Shown here one piece after another: positions 29,401 to 38,223 of a DNA stretch of 55,705 bases. Positions within the stretch are counted from its first letter, which is position 1, and each line of letters starts with the position of its first letter. Location: positions 1-55,705 of IMG/VR virus record IMGVR_UViG_3300008122_000001. One strand, 5' to 3'. The notes below the pieces were generated by a model, which searched no databases, was not told the origin of the DNA, and worked only from the letters and a program-made list of their open reading frames with translations. The translations under genes and the position numbers were made by a program. This DNA is from a virus. Lineage: Duplodnaviria; Heunggongvirae; Uroviricota; Caudoviricetes.

Positions 29401-31814
29401 ACTCCATTACTTTTTGCTAAAAGAGTTCCTTGTTTTCGGCTAACACTATAATTATAATAGTTGTTAATATAATTTCTTGTTTGTAAATTATTTAAAGACC
29501 CATCTTCAAAGTAATCAAAACCAATACCCGATGCAGAAGATGCTACCCAAACAGAGCCAGCTGAACTAGCTGAAATGCTATTTGAGATTATTTCTCTACC
29601 ACTACTTTTATTTGTTTCTTTTATATCAAAAGAAAATGTAAAATCATTAGTGCCATAATTTAAACTAGGGCTACTTGTTTCTAGATAGTCTTGTGTATTG
29701 TCAAAATAAGCACTATACCCTTTAACAGAATTAACTTGATCAAAAGTAACTCCATTATTAGTCCAAGTTGAATTATTATAATTATCTAATAGATTATTAT
29801 CAAAATCTAATTGAATCTTTCCTACTGGAGATTCAGGAATAACTGCAACACCTTTATAGATTTTAAAATTTTTGATGTATCCATTATAATCCCTTGTAGT
29901 AAGCATCGCGCTCCTACCAATTACTAGCTTAGACATCAAGTAAGATGTGTTGTCTACAAAATCATTGCCAACTTTAATTCTATCAACATATAGTGAAGTA
30001 ATTCCGTTTTTTCTAACTACAGCAATATGCTGTTGTGTTCCTATTTTTAATGTATTTACAGGAGCACTGATAACATCCTGCCCACCAACATACAATACTA
30101 AGGTAGTATATGGTGAACTATTTAGATTATATAACATCAGATCATTTGATGTTGCTACACCAGTAGGTCTACAATCAAAGTGACTAATAGGTTTTGTTGC
30201 GGACTGATAACATAAAAATTCTATTGTGAAATCATCCAATCCTATAGGTTCTATTGATGTAGTTGTTAAATAATCCCCACTACCATCTAAAGATAGACTA
30301 CTAAATCCATCAAACTTTTGAGTAGTACTTAGTTTAGCCGTTCCGTTAACTACCCAATTAGATTTTAACGTACCATTATCAACAATTTTTGTACTATTAT
30401 TTTCACCATCAAATGAAAGATCAACAACTAATTTATCAGCATGTTCATCATAATCACGAACAATCCTAGCTTCACCGTCAAATATATTAACATTATCAAT
30501 TAGACCAAATGAATTTCTTGTGTAACCACTTAATTCTTTTAAGAAATAATATGGATTAGTTCCTTTTGTAAAATAACCAGTTAAAGTACCTTTTATTATT
30601 TCAAGAATATCATTAATAAATAATCTAAATGCAGATCCATCATAACTCATTGTTATTTTGTTTATTTCGTTAAGATTAAATTTGGACTTTGACCTAATAG
30701 TGTCATCTGATACGTTCAAAGTATTACCACTAGTAAACACTTGCCCTGTTGTAATACTTCTTGATATGGCTTTATAATTCTCATTATCAATTGTTGAACA
30801 AAATATTGGAATATTGTATAAGACATTTATATTCTCAGATGTTAGTAACAAATAAAATTCAATAGTAAACGGAGTACTACCTCCAGTAATAATATTACTA
30901 TTAGTATATAAACTATCACCTAAAGCTTTAGTTTCAAAACTATTAGATCCAAATATTTTATTAACGCTATTAATACTAGCTGTACCTTCTGTATTCCATA
31001 TTGTAGTAGCTATCTTATCTACAATACCATTTTCAAAATCTAATGCAGAAGTAGTGTATTCATCAACAATTACTTCAGGGTCTTTAGGTAAATTAGATTG
31101 TTTTCTACCAAATATTAAAACTACATTTTTAGCATCTACCTCTCCTAATGGTTCTCTAAATATTAAAGTATATCCACTTGTATCTGTTGTAGTAGATGTA
31201 GGAGAAGCACTAAAAGACATAGTTTGTACAGTTGAGGTAAACATAACATTATTCATTACAACAGGGTAACTATAAACATTTGATGTGCCTTTAACATAAG
31301 ATTCAAAAGAAAGTTGAACATTATTATAAATAGCATCTAATGCACTCATTAATGTTACAGTGTTTTCTTGTTTATAGAAGCTATATACAATTAAAGCGGA
31401 ACGCAATACGCCTGATATACCAGTAAAAGATGTTAAAGTATTTTCTACCTTCATTGTATTAGAAAGTAATAATAAACGAAGGATACCAGTAACACTTGAC
31501 ATGCTACTTTGTACTTTATCTATCTCTTCTTCAGTTCTTGAATATTGATAAACTTTAAGAGCTACTTTAAGAGTTCCAGAAATATTAGTAAAACTAGTTG
31601 ACGTAGTATCTTGATTAAATCTTTGTACTCCTAAATCATCTTTATGACTAGATCTACCATCCACATTTAAAACAGAAGTAGATAAATCATCTAAGAATTC
31701 TAAAGGATATATAGTAGAAGTTAAATAATAATAACTTGGTTTTGTAACTATGGTTAAATCTTTTATTTGAGTATTATATCCAAATGATTTTCCAACTTCT
31801 GTTTTATATTGCAT
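26400..31814 (-). CDS. Large receptor-binding fibre with about seven LamG/concanavalin-A-like domains
   Basis: Seven repeats of L.F[DE]...F.G...L...FG..DFTIEF ... GYI.NF.I; Ig-like insert after an acidic linker (EEESGGGEDD). Confidence 0.85.
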   Translation of the reverse strand: MQYKTEVGKSFGYNTQIKDLTIVTKPSYYYLTSTIYPLEFLDDLSTSVLNVDGRSSHKDDLGVQRFNQDTTSTSFTNISGTLKVALKVYQYSRTEEEIDKVQSSMSSVTGILRLLLLSNTMKVENTLTSFTGISGVLRSALIVYSFYKQENTVTLMSALDAIYNNVQLSFESYVKGTSNVYSYPVVMNNVMFTSTVQTMSFSASPTSTTTDTSGYTLIFREPLGEVDAKNVVLIFGRKQSNLPKDPEVIVDEYTTSALDFENGIVDKIATTIWNTEGTASINSVNKIFGSNSFETKALGDSLYTNSNIITGGSTPFTIEFYLLLTSENINVLYNIPIFCSTIDNENYKAISRSITTGQVFTSGNTLNVSDDTIRSKSKFNLNEINKITMSYDGSAFRLFINDILEIIKGTLTGYFTKGTNPYYFLKELSGYTRNSFGLIDNVNIFDGEARIVRDYDEHADKLVVDLSFDGENNSTKIVDNGTLKSNWVVNGTAKLSTTQKFDGFSSLSLDGSGDYLTTTSIEPIGLDDFTIEFLCYQSATKPISHFDCRPTGVATSNDLMLYNLNSSPYTTLVLYVGGQDVISAPVNTLKIGTQQHIAVVRKNGITSLYVDRIKVGNDFVDNTSYLMSKLVIGRSAMLTTRDYNGYIKNFKIYKGVAVIPESPVGKIQLDFDNNLLDNYNNSTWTNNGVTFDQVNSVKGYSAYFDNTQDYLETSSPSLNYGTNDFTFSFDIKETNKSSGREIISNSISASSAGSVWVASSASGIGFDYFEDGSLNNLQTRNYINNYYNYSVSRKQGTLLAKSNGVLVGVQNISNTQIFNMVNGGSLRIGKCTTSFHNTAVGIQGYIDNFESIKGYNEDIIIDKAAVHLPLETNSTNIGFTNLTITENGSPTYAIIDGKKCIKFESGKYLSITSNNIFNLGTNSDFYIEFDFYPTVSSIYTQGLVSDTQAWGNNLCQIYIWNMLVGFRVRVSGVENTISPPNQAILNTWNNLKLWRINNNVYISLNSEVSNTTFSNGVNFTVNNTNIGRTEGTQPFFGYMSNFKMFVGTSEIPETYNDKKVLDLTFEPTRKSYLFKDKNNKCIIHPVNITQRDYQDSQYCCTFNGTNQYLEFGKNDLFNFGLDDFIISMSFKIQDYFNGNNSYFLLHSGGTTATNGRLLIAVAGTQAGTESKRIHFITTYNNVTQSLFGDEVPLNQINNLIIYRTNGILYLNLNGTIISKDFNYTLNGNIGDNTFIGYRLFNSSFFKGQVYALKVLRNTTDLTLLESEEESGGGEDDYTPITLALNTPSTVENPVEGSYTNVYGVIRYADLLPTVTVMFNGSEVDQSNITLTSRGSSNGIEQDYDLQIKVLNDGLDGTYPITVTVDDTFDVAENSTNLTVVRDYPLTMNRADTFNTSWYQLSSTNKVTVRNYQDEQLMYFNGLSSLTANGYSWKFGLDKFTIELDFVITKSPSTNNYHILSCGKTESWYAIEITSNREIRFLNRGTVKVSTTTNAISLDTKYRLAITRDSNYNLRIFLNGVKVAEAVDNSNYTFDEDSSDLNHNVFLGKVGTLYNDNIAEKHFKGYMKNFYFNKGECLYTGDYTPTVLDKNITTKSLLTFTNDDVGFTTKVDSFNPNITWNNSGCTVSNNQLVLSSVSNRLLSTENDLFNFTTQNWTIDIIATPSQIITEAVLFDNRLSGSSFNGILIRQSPSDPTSLTISLGISTATTSYTYNINTGVNSLVANTEFRLKVVRSLGYIAIFFNGVRKNRTAVYTNSFETSKTVCIGNNKDFNKGFNGKIKQIRILNGIATDVHAYPVIEGDILT

Positions 31815-31824
31815 AAATTACCTA

Positions 31825-32862
31825 CTAGAATAATTTTAATGTTATTGGATTTTGTTTCATAAAAGTATTGTGATTTTCTTTATTTATTATTTTTAATAAA
31901 TAATTACCATAATCAGTACTGTTACTTTCTAAATGTACTTTATCTAATTTATCAGAATAAGTATCTAATTGATTTTTTATAGAGGTATTTAAATTCAGAT
32001 ATTCTATATTTACTATATCTGCTTCTCCAACTTTTTTTATAACTATTGTTTCATTTTTATCTATAAAAAAGGTTTGATCTTTTTCTATTATAACACCATC
32101 TACAGTGTATAAGTTACTTTCTAATGGAATAGATACAACAATGTTTTTTAAGGAAGTTAATAATAAAGTATCAGTGTCTATTTGATTTATCTTTATAAAA
32201 TTATTGTTAGGTAGGTTTTTAATAGTATAAAAACCTGAAAAATATTCTTCTATTTTTAAAAAACCTCTTGGTATTATCTTTAAAGGAACTACATTAAATA
32301 TACCAAACACTAATAATATATTATTAGCTTCGTATACTTCTATAGTCCCTGCTATATAGTCAACATCTTCATCTAATATTTGAACTTCACCTTGCATATT
32401 CACACTAAAGAAATAACTATCATATTTATCTATACCGCAATAAGGTAAATTAAATACAGTATATCCATTTTCTTTCGTATAAAACTCTTGAGCAATTACT
32501 CCCATTTCATTTTTAAACTGTTGTCCAACTAATAATTCAGTATCTTCTTTTGTTAAAGTATGTATTTTTTTAGGGTTCTGTTCTATAAATTTATAAGCCC
32601 CATTTTCTTTTACTACATATTTAAATTGATCACTGTTTGGAACTCTTACAGAAGGTTCAGATATATTATCAACATATTCTACACAAATATCTTTACTCAA
32701 ATAAATAGTATTTGTTATGTCTTCTCTCTTATTTTGAGATAAGAAGTTTTTATTAATTATTACATTATTAAAATTATCATAAACTTTCTCTACCATTATA
32801 TCTTCTAAGTTAATTAAACTATCAACATTATTTAAACCTATTGGTATATTTACTTCTATCAT
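31825..32862 (-). CDS. Hypothetical structural protein
   Basis: 345-aa ORF, ATGA overlap with the upstream gene. Confidence 0.7.
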   Translation of the reverse strand: MIEVNIPIGLNNVDSLINLEDIMVEKVYDNFNNVIINKNFLSQNKREDITNTIYLSKDICVEYVDNISEPSVRVPNSDQFKYVVKENGAYKFIEQNPKKIHTLTKEDTELLVGQQFKNEMGVIAQEFYTKENGYTVFNLPYCGIDKYDSYFFSVNMQGEVQILDEDVDYIAGTIEVYEANNILLVFGIFNVVPLKIIPRGFLKIEEYFSGFYTIKNLPNNNFIKINQIDTDTLLLTSLKNIVVSIPLESNLYTVDGVIIEKDQTFFIDKNETIVIKKVGEADIVNIEYLNLNTSIKNQLDTYSDKLDKVHLESNSTDYGNYLLKIINKENHNTFMKQNPITLKLF

Positions 32863-33488
32863 AAATGTCCACCTAAATTAGCTATACTAGTTCCATTGTA
32901 TATAGTCTTATTATTATAATCTCCGAATATATAAAACTGAGAAGAAATTGTTGTATGGTATATTTTAACTGTTTCTCCTACTGAATAAAATATTGAATTA
33001 TCTTTTAAAGAATATGGTAAAACTTTATTAGAACTTAAATCAATTATCTTAATATCAGGATTTAAGTTCTGTATGCTATATATAGTTTTATTTTTTGGGA
33101 TATGCTTTAGAAGGAATGGAGAAATTTCTCCATTAAAAACATTAATATATGTATTATCAAAATCAGAGAGGAAGTGAGTAGGAAGAAGTAAACAATCAGT
33201 GAAATGATCTACTATTTGAATATTTATACCATTAGACAACAATAGATCATAAAACTCTTGTAGCTTATAAGTACCAACATCATATTTTATATTATCTATA
33301 CTTAAAATACCATGTTGGTATTTTATTTTTTTATTTGTTTCAATAAAAAGTAAAGGTATCTTAGATTCATAAGTTGTATCTATTTTATTTTTTTCAGTAT
33401 ATTCATAACTCTTATACTTAGGTACAGGGATATCTTCATTGATAGTAAGCCTTTCATATAATCCTTCTTTATATATTACTTTACTCAT
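32859..33488 (-). CDS. Hypothetical structural protein
   Basis: 209-aa ORF, GGAGG RBS. Confidence 0.75.
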   Translation of the reverse strand: MSKVIYKEGLYERLTINEDIPVPKYKSYEYTEKNKIDTTYESKIPLLFIETNKKIKYQHGILSIDNIKYDVGTYKLQEFYDLLLSNGINIQIVDHFTDCLLLPTHFLSDFDNTYINVFNGEISPFLLKHIPKNKTIYSIQNLNPDIKIIDLSSNKVLPYSLKDNSIFYSVGETVKIYHTTISSQFYIFGDYNNKTIYNGTSIANLGGHL

Positions 33489-33660
33489 CTCTATCCTCCC
33501 TTAAATCTATGATGTCGGTTAATTTATATTTATCATAAAATAATTCATATTTATATTTATCTAAAAGAACAATAGATGAACTGTTTGAATCATATTCATA
33601 ACTCAAAGGTTCATCTATGTATAAAATGTTTGTTGTGTTAGTTGTATGTTTAATAATCAT
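33481..33660 (-). CDS. Small hypothetical protein (59 aa, absent from the ORF track)
   Basis: GAGG RBS; MIIKHTTNTTNILYIDEPLSYEY...REDRDE*; overlaps both neighbours and fills the gap exactly. Confidence 0.8.
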   Translation of the reverse strand: MIIKHTTNTTNILYIDEPLSYEYDSNSSSIVLLDKYKYELFYDKYKLTDIIDLREDRDE

Positions 33661-35785
33661 TTACTACCTCTCCTACTAAGGTAGATATATTAACCTTATA
33701 TTCAAATTTGTCAACTATATCTTCTATTTGTTTCGGATGTAATATAAATTCTGATTTAAGGTTTCCCTTCATTACTATAAGTTTGCAAGAAGTATCTGTA
33801 CCTATAATACCATTATTTATATTGAATGCCACGCCTACTTTAAATTCTTCTACATCTAACTTAGAAACATCTATCTTTAAATATATAGGTAATTCATAGT
33901 TAGTATCTCTAGTTATATACTTAAATATTTCTGAATTTAAATTTGTTTCATTATCTGATATAAAATATTCATTGAAATCTATTTTATAACTTAATGACGA
34001 ATAACCTTTCCAATCAAATATTAAAGATAAATATTCATCTTCTTCTACTATTATTTCTTTTGTAGTTGTTAAGTCTTTTGTGTACAAGTAATTATCGAAT
34101 AATATTACATCACATTTTCCTTGAACTGTTTCTACTTTATATGGCACAACCGTATGATCTGTACTACTACAAGATACTTTGTGTTTTAAATTACTTGATA
34201 ATAAAGTAATTAAATAAGGAGAATCATTTTCTATATTAATTTCTAAATTAATATTCTCTATATTTAATGTTTGATTATAGTTTATAACTTTGTTAGTTGT
34301 TATGCTTTTATTCTCAACATCATAATAAAACAAGTTATTATTGTTTCTTATTTGAATTAAAAATGCTTCATCTTTTACTTTAGATACCCAATCAGTTATT
34401 TTTACATTAACTTCAACCCAATCTCCAGTACTTGTATTTTGATCAGATACTGAAATGAATTCATTATTATTGTTTGTAATACTGTTGTATATGTTTTTAC
34501 TAAAATCTATTCCTAGTTTTCCATAATTAATAACTGTTGTATTATCTTTAAAGTAAGTATAAATAATATCCATATCTTCTGTTAAGTATATAGATCTTAT
34601 CTCTACGTTTTCATCACCTATTGTAAACTTTAATTCTTCAATAACTCTTTCGTTAGTTGGGTTATATATATTTATTGTATTGTAAGTTTTTTCTTTATTT
34701 GTTTGTTTTCTTAATAAAGGTTTAAATGTTCTGAAATCAGAATCAACTATAGGAGGAATAATATAGTTATTATTAATTACAAAATGATTAGTGTTTAGAT
34801 CTACATAATTACTAATTTCAATATTTGAATTAGAGTGTTTTATATCTTCTATTACATAAAAAATATTTTGAGTTTTTGTATATAAGTCTTTTCTTAATAA
34901 GATACTTTCTACTACTCTTTCATCATATTGATTGTAACCAGTTATGATACAAGTTTCATATTTATTTTCATTAGAAGAATTATTTTTAAGATATAGTGGT
35001 AAAGGTAAGCTAGAATTTATTAAATCTAGTTCATCTTTATTTTCTTTATACCCTTCAAGGATGACAGTATATAATGATAAATCATTTTCATCTACCATAG
35101 TACTAAAGTTCTTTATTGACGAAAATATATCATTTGTTTCAATAAGCTCTATAGTATCACTTCCATAGTATCTTACTACAGCAGATGGTCTTTCATTCAA
35201 AGTTATTCTACTATAGGTTAATGGCACATAATTTGAATCATAAGATTGTCTTAAATATTCATTAACCTTAAAGTAAGAACTACTAAAATGAGAATGAAAT
35301 TTATCTAACATCTTAATACCATTAGATAATGTATTTTTTCTAATAGTACCCCAGCTAGGAGACATCATTCTAGTTCTTAATGTTAGTAAATTAGATTCTA
35401 CAATAGCTTTGACACCACTTATATAATTAAAAGATTTAGAAGTATTTTTTAATCCAACTAGTTTTATTTCTTTTTTTAATGTAACAGAAGGTAATCCAAA
35501 TATAGTTAATTCGATAAAATCTATATTAGCTTTTTCAGAGGATTGGTGATCAACTATAAAATTAAAAAAATAGTCCACTTCACCTTGAAGACCCGAATTA
35601 GCAGAGATCAATTTATATTTAAATCCTGATTTAGAATCTAAAAAAGAAACTTTAAAAAAATCTACTACAAGAGAAGACTGAGACTCTACATGTATAGTAT
35701 AAACTAATTCTCTTTTATCATATGGTGTATAGATATAGCCTTCTTTAAGATCATAATCACTACAAGTTATATTTACTATTTTCAT
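33650..35785 (-). CDS. Putative baseplate wedge protein
   Basis: 711 aa directly downstream of the J-like gene; assignment from position only. Confidence 0.55.
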   Translation of the reverse strand: MKIVNITCSDYDLKEGYIYTPYDKRELVYTIHVESQSSLVVDFFKVSFLDSKSGFKYKLISANSGLQGEVDYFFNFIVDHQSSEKANIDFIELTIFGLPSVTLKKEIKLVGLKNTSKSFNYISGVKAIVESNLLTLRTRMMSPSWGTIRKNTLSNGIKMLDKFHSHFSSSYFKVNEYLRQSYDSNYVPLTYSRITLNERPSAVVRYYGSDTIELIETNDIFSSIKNFSTMVDENDLSLYTVILEGYKENKDELDLINSSLPLPLYLKNNSSNENKYETCIITGYNQYDERVVESILLRKDLYTKTQNIFYVIEDIKHSNSNIEISNYVDLNTNHFVINNNYIIPPIVDSDFRTFKPLLRKQTNKEKTYNTINIYNPTNERVIEELKFTIGDENVEIRSIYLTEDMDIIYTYFKDNTTVINYGKLGIDFSKNIYNSITNNNNEFISVSDQNTSTGDWVEVNVKITDWVSKVKDEAFLIQIRNNNNLFYYDVENKSITTNKVINYNQTLNIENINLEINIENDSPYLITLLSSNLKHKVSCSSTDHTVVPYKVETVQGKCDVILFDNYLYTKDLTTTKEIIVEEDEYLSLIFDWKGYSSLSYKIDFNEYFISDNETNLNSEIFKYITRDTNYELPIYLKIDVSKLDVEEFKVGVAFNINNGIIGTDTSCKLIVMKGNLKSEFILHPKQIEDIVDKFEYKVNISTLVGEVVNDY

Positions 35786-35788
35786 ATT

Positions 35789-36868
35789 TTATTCCGTTCT
35801 AGTTATAGAAGATAAATGTATAAATCTACCTTTAGGTAATATTATATCTGAAGATTCTGCTGTTAATGTAAACGTCTCTTCTGATACATATGGTGATGTA
35901 AATATAAAATCAATACTCAACAAATCAGTAGAACTTACTCCTAATTCGCTCTTAATGAAATCTTCTAACACTTCTCTATTGATTTGTTTATATGAAACAA
36001 AGAAATTATTAAATGCTGTTTTTACATTCTCTAAGAGTACATTACTAGTTCTATTATTAGTATTAAAAGTTAAATTAACATTTAAGATTAAAGCTTCTGG
36101 TTTTAGTACTTCAACAAATTGACCATTCAATACTTTACCTCTTAAATTAGATTCTATTAATGGTAATATTAAAATATCTAAATAAGAGTCCATACCATTA
36201 TCTACAAGTTCTTGTGTGTAAGGGTATATTGTTTTAATAGCTCTGCCATTAGTATAGTCATCTACTTCTAAGAACGTAATAAAAGGAACTTCTTTAGCTA
36301 CACTAGATATTAAAGAGTTTGCGCCATTGTTTGCAATGTAAGTTGATTCATATATTCTTAATTTATAATCTTCTTCAATTTCTTGTAAAACTGCAAGACC
36401 TACTGGTCTGTTAAATTTTAATGTAAAAGTAGGTAATAAATTAGTTAGTGTTTGATTAGTACTTGTTACTGAATATTCACTGTTTTCAGGTATAGTGTAA
36501 TTATTGAGAGAACTAGATAAAGATATCGTTACAGAAGCATACTTTACGTCATTAATACCACTGATACTAATTGGAGAGATACACTCTATAATTATATTAT
36601 CATCAGCATATATTAAATCACCTTTTTTATAAACAATATAAGGTGAATCTATTTCTGTAACCATAGCATCTATTTTATTAACACTTATACTAACAGCTTC
36701 TTGATAATTATATATAGCTATGTTGTTATAGTTTTTTCTATATACACCGTTCTGATTTCCGAACAATTCAAGAAATTCTGATGACATTGTTGTTAAAAAA
36801 CCATTAGCTACAGCGTCATCTACGTTGGTTGCATAATTAACATTTTCAGCAGAATAAGTATCTGCCAT
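35789..36868 (-). CDS. Baseplate J / gp6-like wedge protein, 5' end possibly missing
   Basis: EFLELFG..NGVYRK and E.EEDYKLRI motifs; follows the gp25-like gene; no SD before the ATG. Confidence 0.7.
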   Translation of the reverse strand: MADTYSAENVNYATNVDDAVANGFLTTMSSEFLELFGNQNGVYRKNYNNIAIYNYQEAVSISVNKIDAMVTEIDSPYIVYKKGDLIYADDNIIIECISPISISGINDVKYASVTISLSSSLNNYTIPENSEYSVTSTNQTLTNLLPTFTLKFNRPVGLAVLQEIEEDYKLRIYESTYIANNGANSLISSVAKEVPFITFLEVDDYTNGRAIKTIYPYTQELVDNGMDSYLDILILPLIESNLRGKVLNGQFVEVLKPEALILNVNLTFNTNNRTSNVLLENVKTAFNNFFVSYKQINREVLEDFIKSELGVSSTDLLSIDFIFTSPYVSEETFTLTAESSDIILPKGRFIHLSSITRTE

Positions 36869-36873
36869 CTTTT

Positions 36874-37290
36874 TTAGATTAGAACCATCAAGTTTATACC
36901 CTCTCTATCGTATGTTACTATTATTTGTATTTCTTCAGCTAATGTACTTATATATGTATATATTTTTATAGTGTTGCCCATAACTACAGAGAGTATCTCT
37001 AATTCATTGTTATTTAAAAAGTTATCGTAAGTTAATGAGTATCTAAATCGAGTTACCATATCTTCTGCTAATCTTTCATCAATCCCTCTCCCTATGAAGT
37101 CTTCTAAACTTGCTCCATAGTTAGGATTAAGATTAAAATCATTTAAATTTGTTTTAAATCTTTCTATTACTGTATGTTTTAATATTTCTTTACTAGATCT
37201 AGTCATATAAATATCATTACCTACAATTTCAAAATCACCATAGTTAGAATCTATTTTTAAATCTGTTTTTACGTTATTCCAATAACTCAT
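36874..37290 (-). CDS. gp25-like baseplate/sheath-initiator protein
   Basis: GDFEIVGND...RFKT...F.LNPNYGASLEDFIG; start MSYWNN with GAGG RBS. Confidence 0.8.
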   Translation of the reverse strand: MSYWNNVKTDLKIDSNYGDFEIVGNDIYMTRSSKEILKHTVIERFKTNLNDFNLNPNYGASLEDFIGRGIDERLAEDMVTRFRYSLTYDNFLNNNELEILSVVMGNTIKIYTYISTLAEEIQIIVTYDREGINLMVLI

Positions 37291-37297
37291 AATTTCC

Positions 37298-37585
37298 TCA
37301 TAAAATAGATAAAGCAACAGTTGCTATTTTACTCATAGTGCTTATATTACCTATAGGTAAATCTATCATTAAAACTGGCATAGGTGTTACCATACTAGAA
37401 GGTATACCTGTTGATAACATAGGATTAAATCTAAATATACCACCAACCTTAATATTTTCTATTGAACTACTAAAAGAAGTAGGACCATGTATAAAATTAC
37501 CTGCATCATTAGTAGTTGTTATTGAATTAGGTCCAGATGCTATTTGACTATACCAACTAGTATATCGTTTGTAGGTATTATATTT
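37298..37585 (-). pseudogene. Orphan baseplate-region reading frame lacking a start codon
   Basis: 95 open codons (..SQIASGPNSITTTNDAGNFIHGPTSFSSSIENIKVGGIFRFNP..IPSSMVTPMPVL..) ending at the RBS of the gp25-like gene; first ATG only 40 codons from the end. Confidence 0.7.
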
Positions 37586-38223
37586 TCATCTTTAGAAAGC
37601 CCTGCTGTATCTTTAAACCATAAAGCTTCACCTTCAAAAGTATTTATTTTACTAGTCATAGCTTCTACATATTTAAAGTCACTTAGAGCTTGTATATCTT
37701 CATCAGTATACCCTTCATCTTTAAAATACTTCTTACCTATATCTGAAAATAAATCTGTAGTTTGACCAGCTATAGCCGTCCTAACTTTTCTAATAAGATT
37801 AGCTGGTATAATTGAAATAGTAGGTAATCCTAAATTTACTTCGGCAAATACAGCAACATTGTTTTTAACAACAACCTTAGCAGTTTTACCTATATACCTT
37901 GATAATTTATTATTAGAAGCATCTATGTTAGTAAGAACAGCTACTTCAGGGACTGTCATATCTTCATTTGGAATACCATCAGAGCCATTAAATAAACTGT
38001 CTCCATGATCTACTAAATCCCCTGATGGGGAAAAAGTAGATCCTTCATTTTTTCTAATAACTGCAAATACAGAATCATTAAGAATATATAAACTTTCTAT
38101 TGTACCTTCTAATATCAGTAAACTAGAATCATTAGCTCTAGTAACAAAATCTGTAGCATCAATACTAGGAGTATTTATTGCTTTAGTAATTCCATTTAAT
38201 ACGTTATTAATTTTATATGTCAT
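37540..38223 (-). CDS. Hypothetical baseplate-region protein (C-terminus possibly truncated)
   Basis: Start MTYKIN overlapping the hub stop; 3' end overlaps the orphan frame. Confidence 0.65.
   Translation of the reverse strand: MTYKINNVLNGITKAINTPSIDATDFVTRANDSSLLILEGTIESLYILNDSVFAVIRKNEGSTFSPSGDLVDHGDSLFNGSDGIPNEDMTVPEVAVLTNIDASNNKLSRYIGKTAKVVVKNNVAVFAEVNLGLPTISIIPANLIRKVRTAIAGQTTDLFSDIGKKYFKDEGYTDEDIQALSDFKYVEAMTSKINTFEGEALWFKDTAGLSKDENIIPTNDILVGIVK

Noticed and set aside
26400-31814. Invertase/shufflon or DGR acting on the LamG fibre
   Set aside because: No recombinase or RT gene, no inverted silent cassettes and no near-identical template repeat seen in this window
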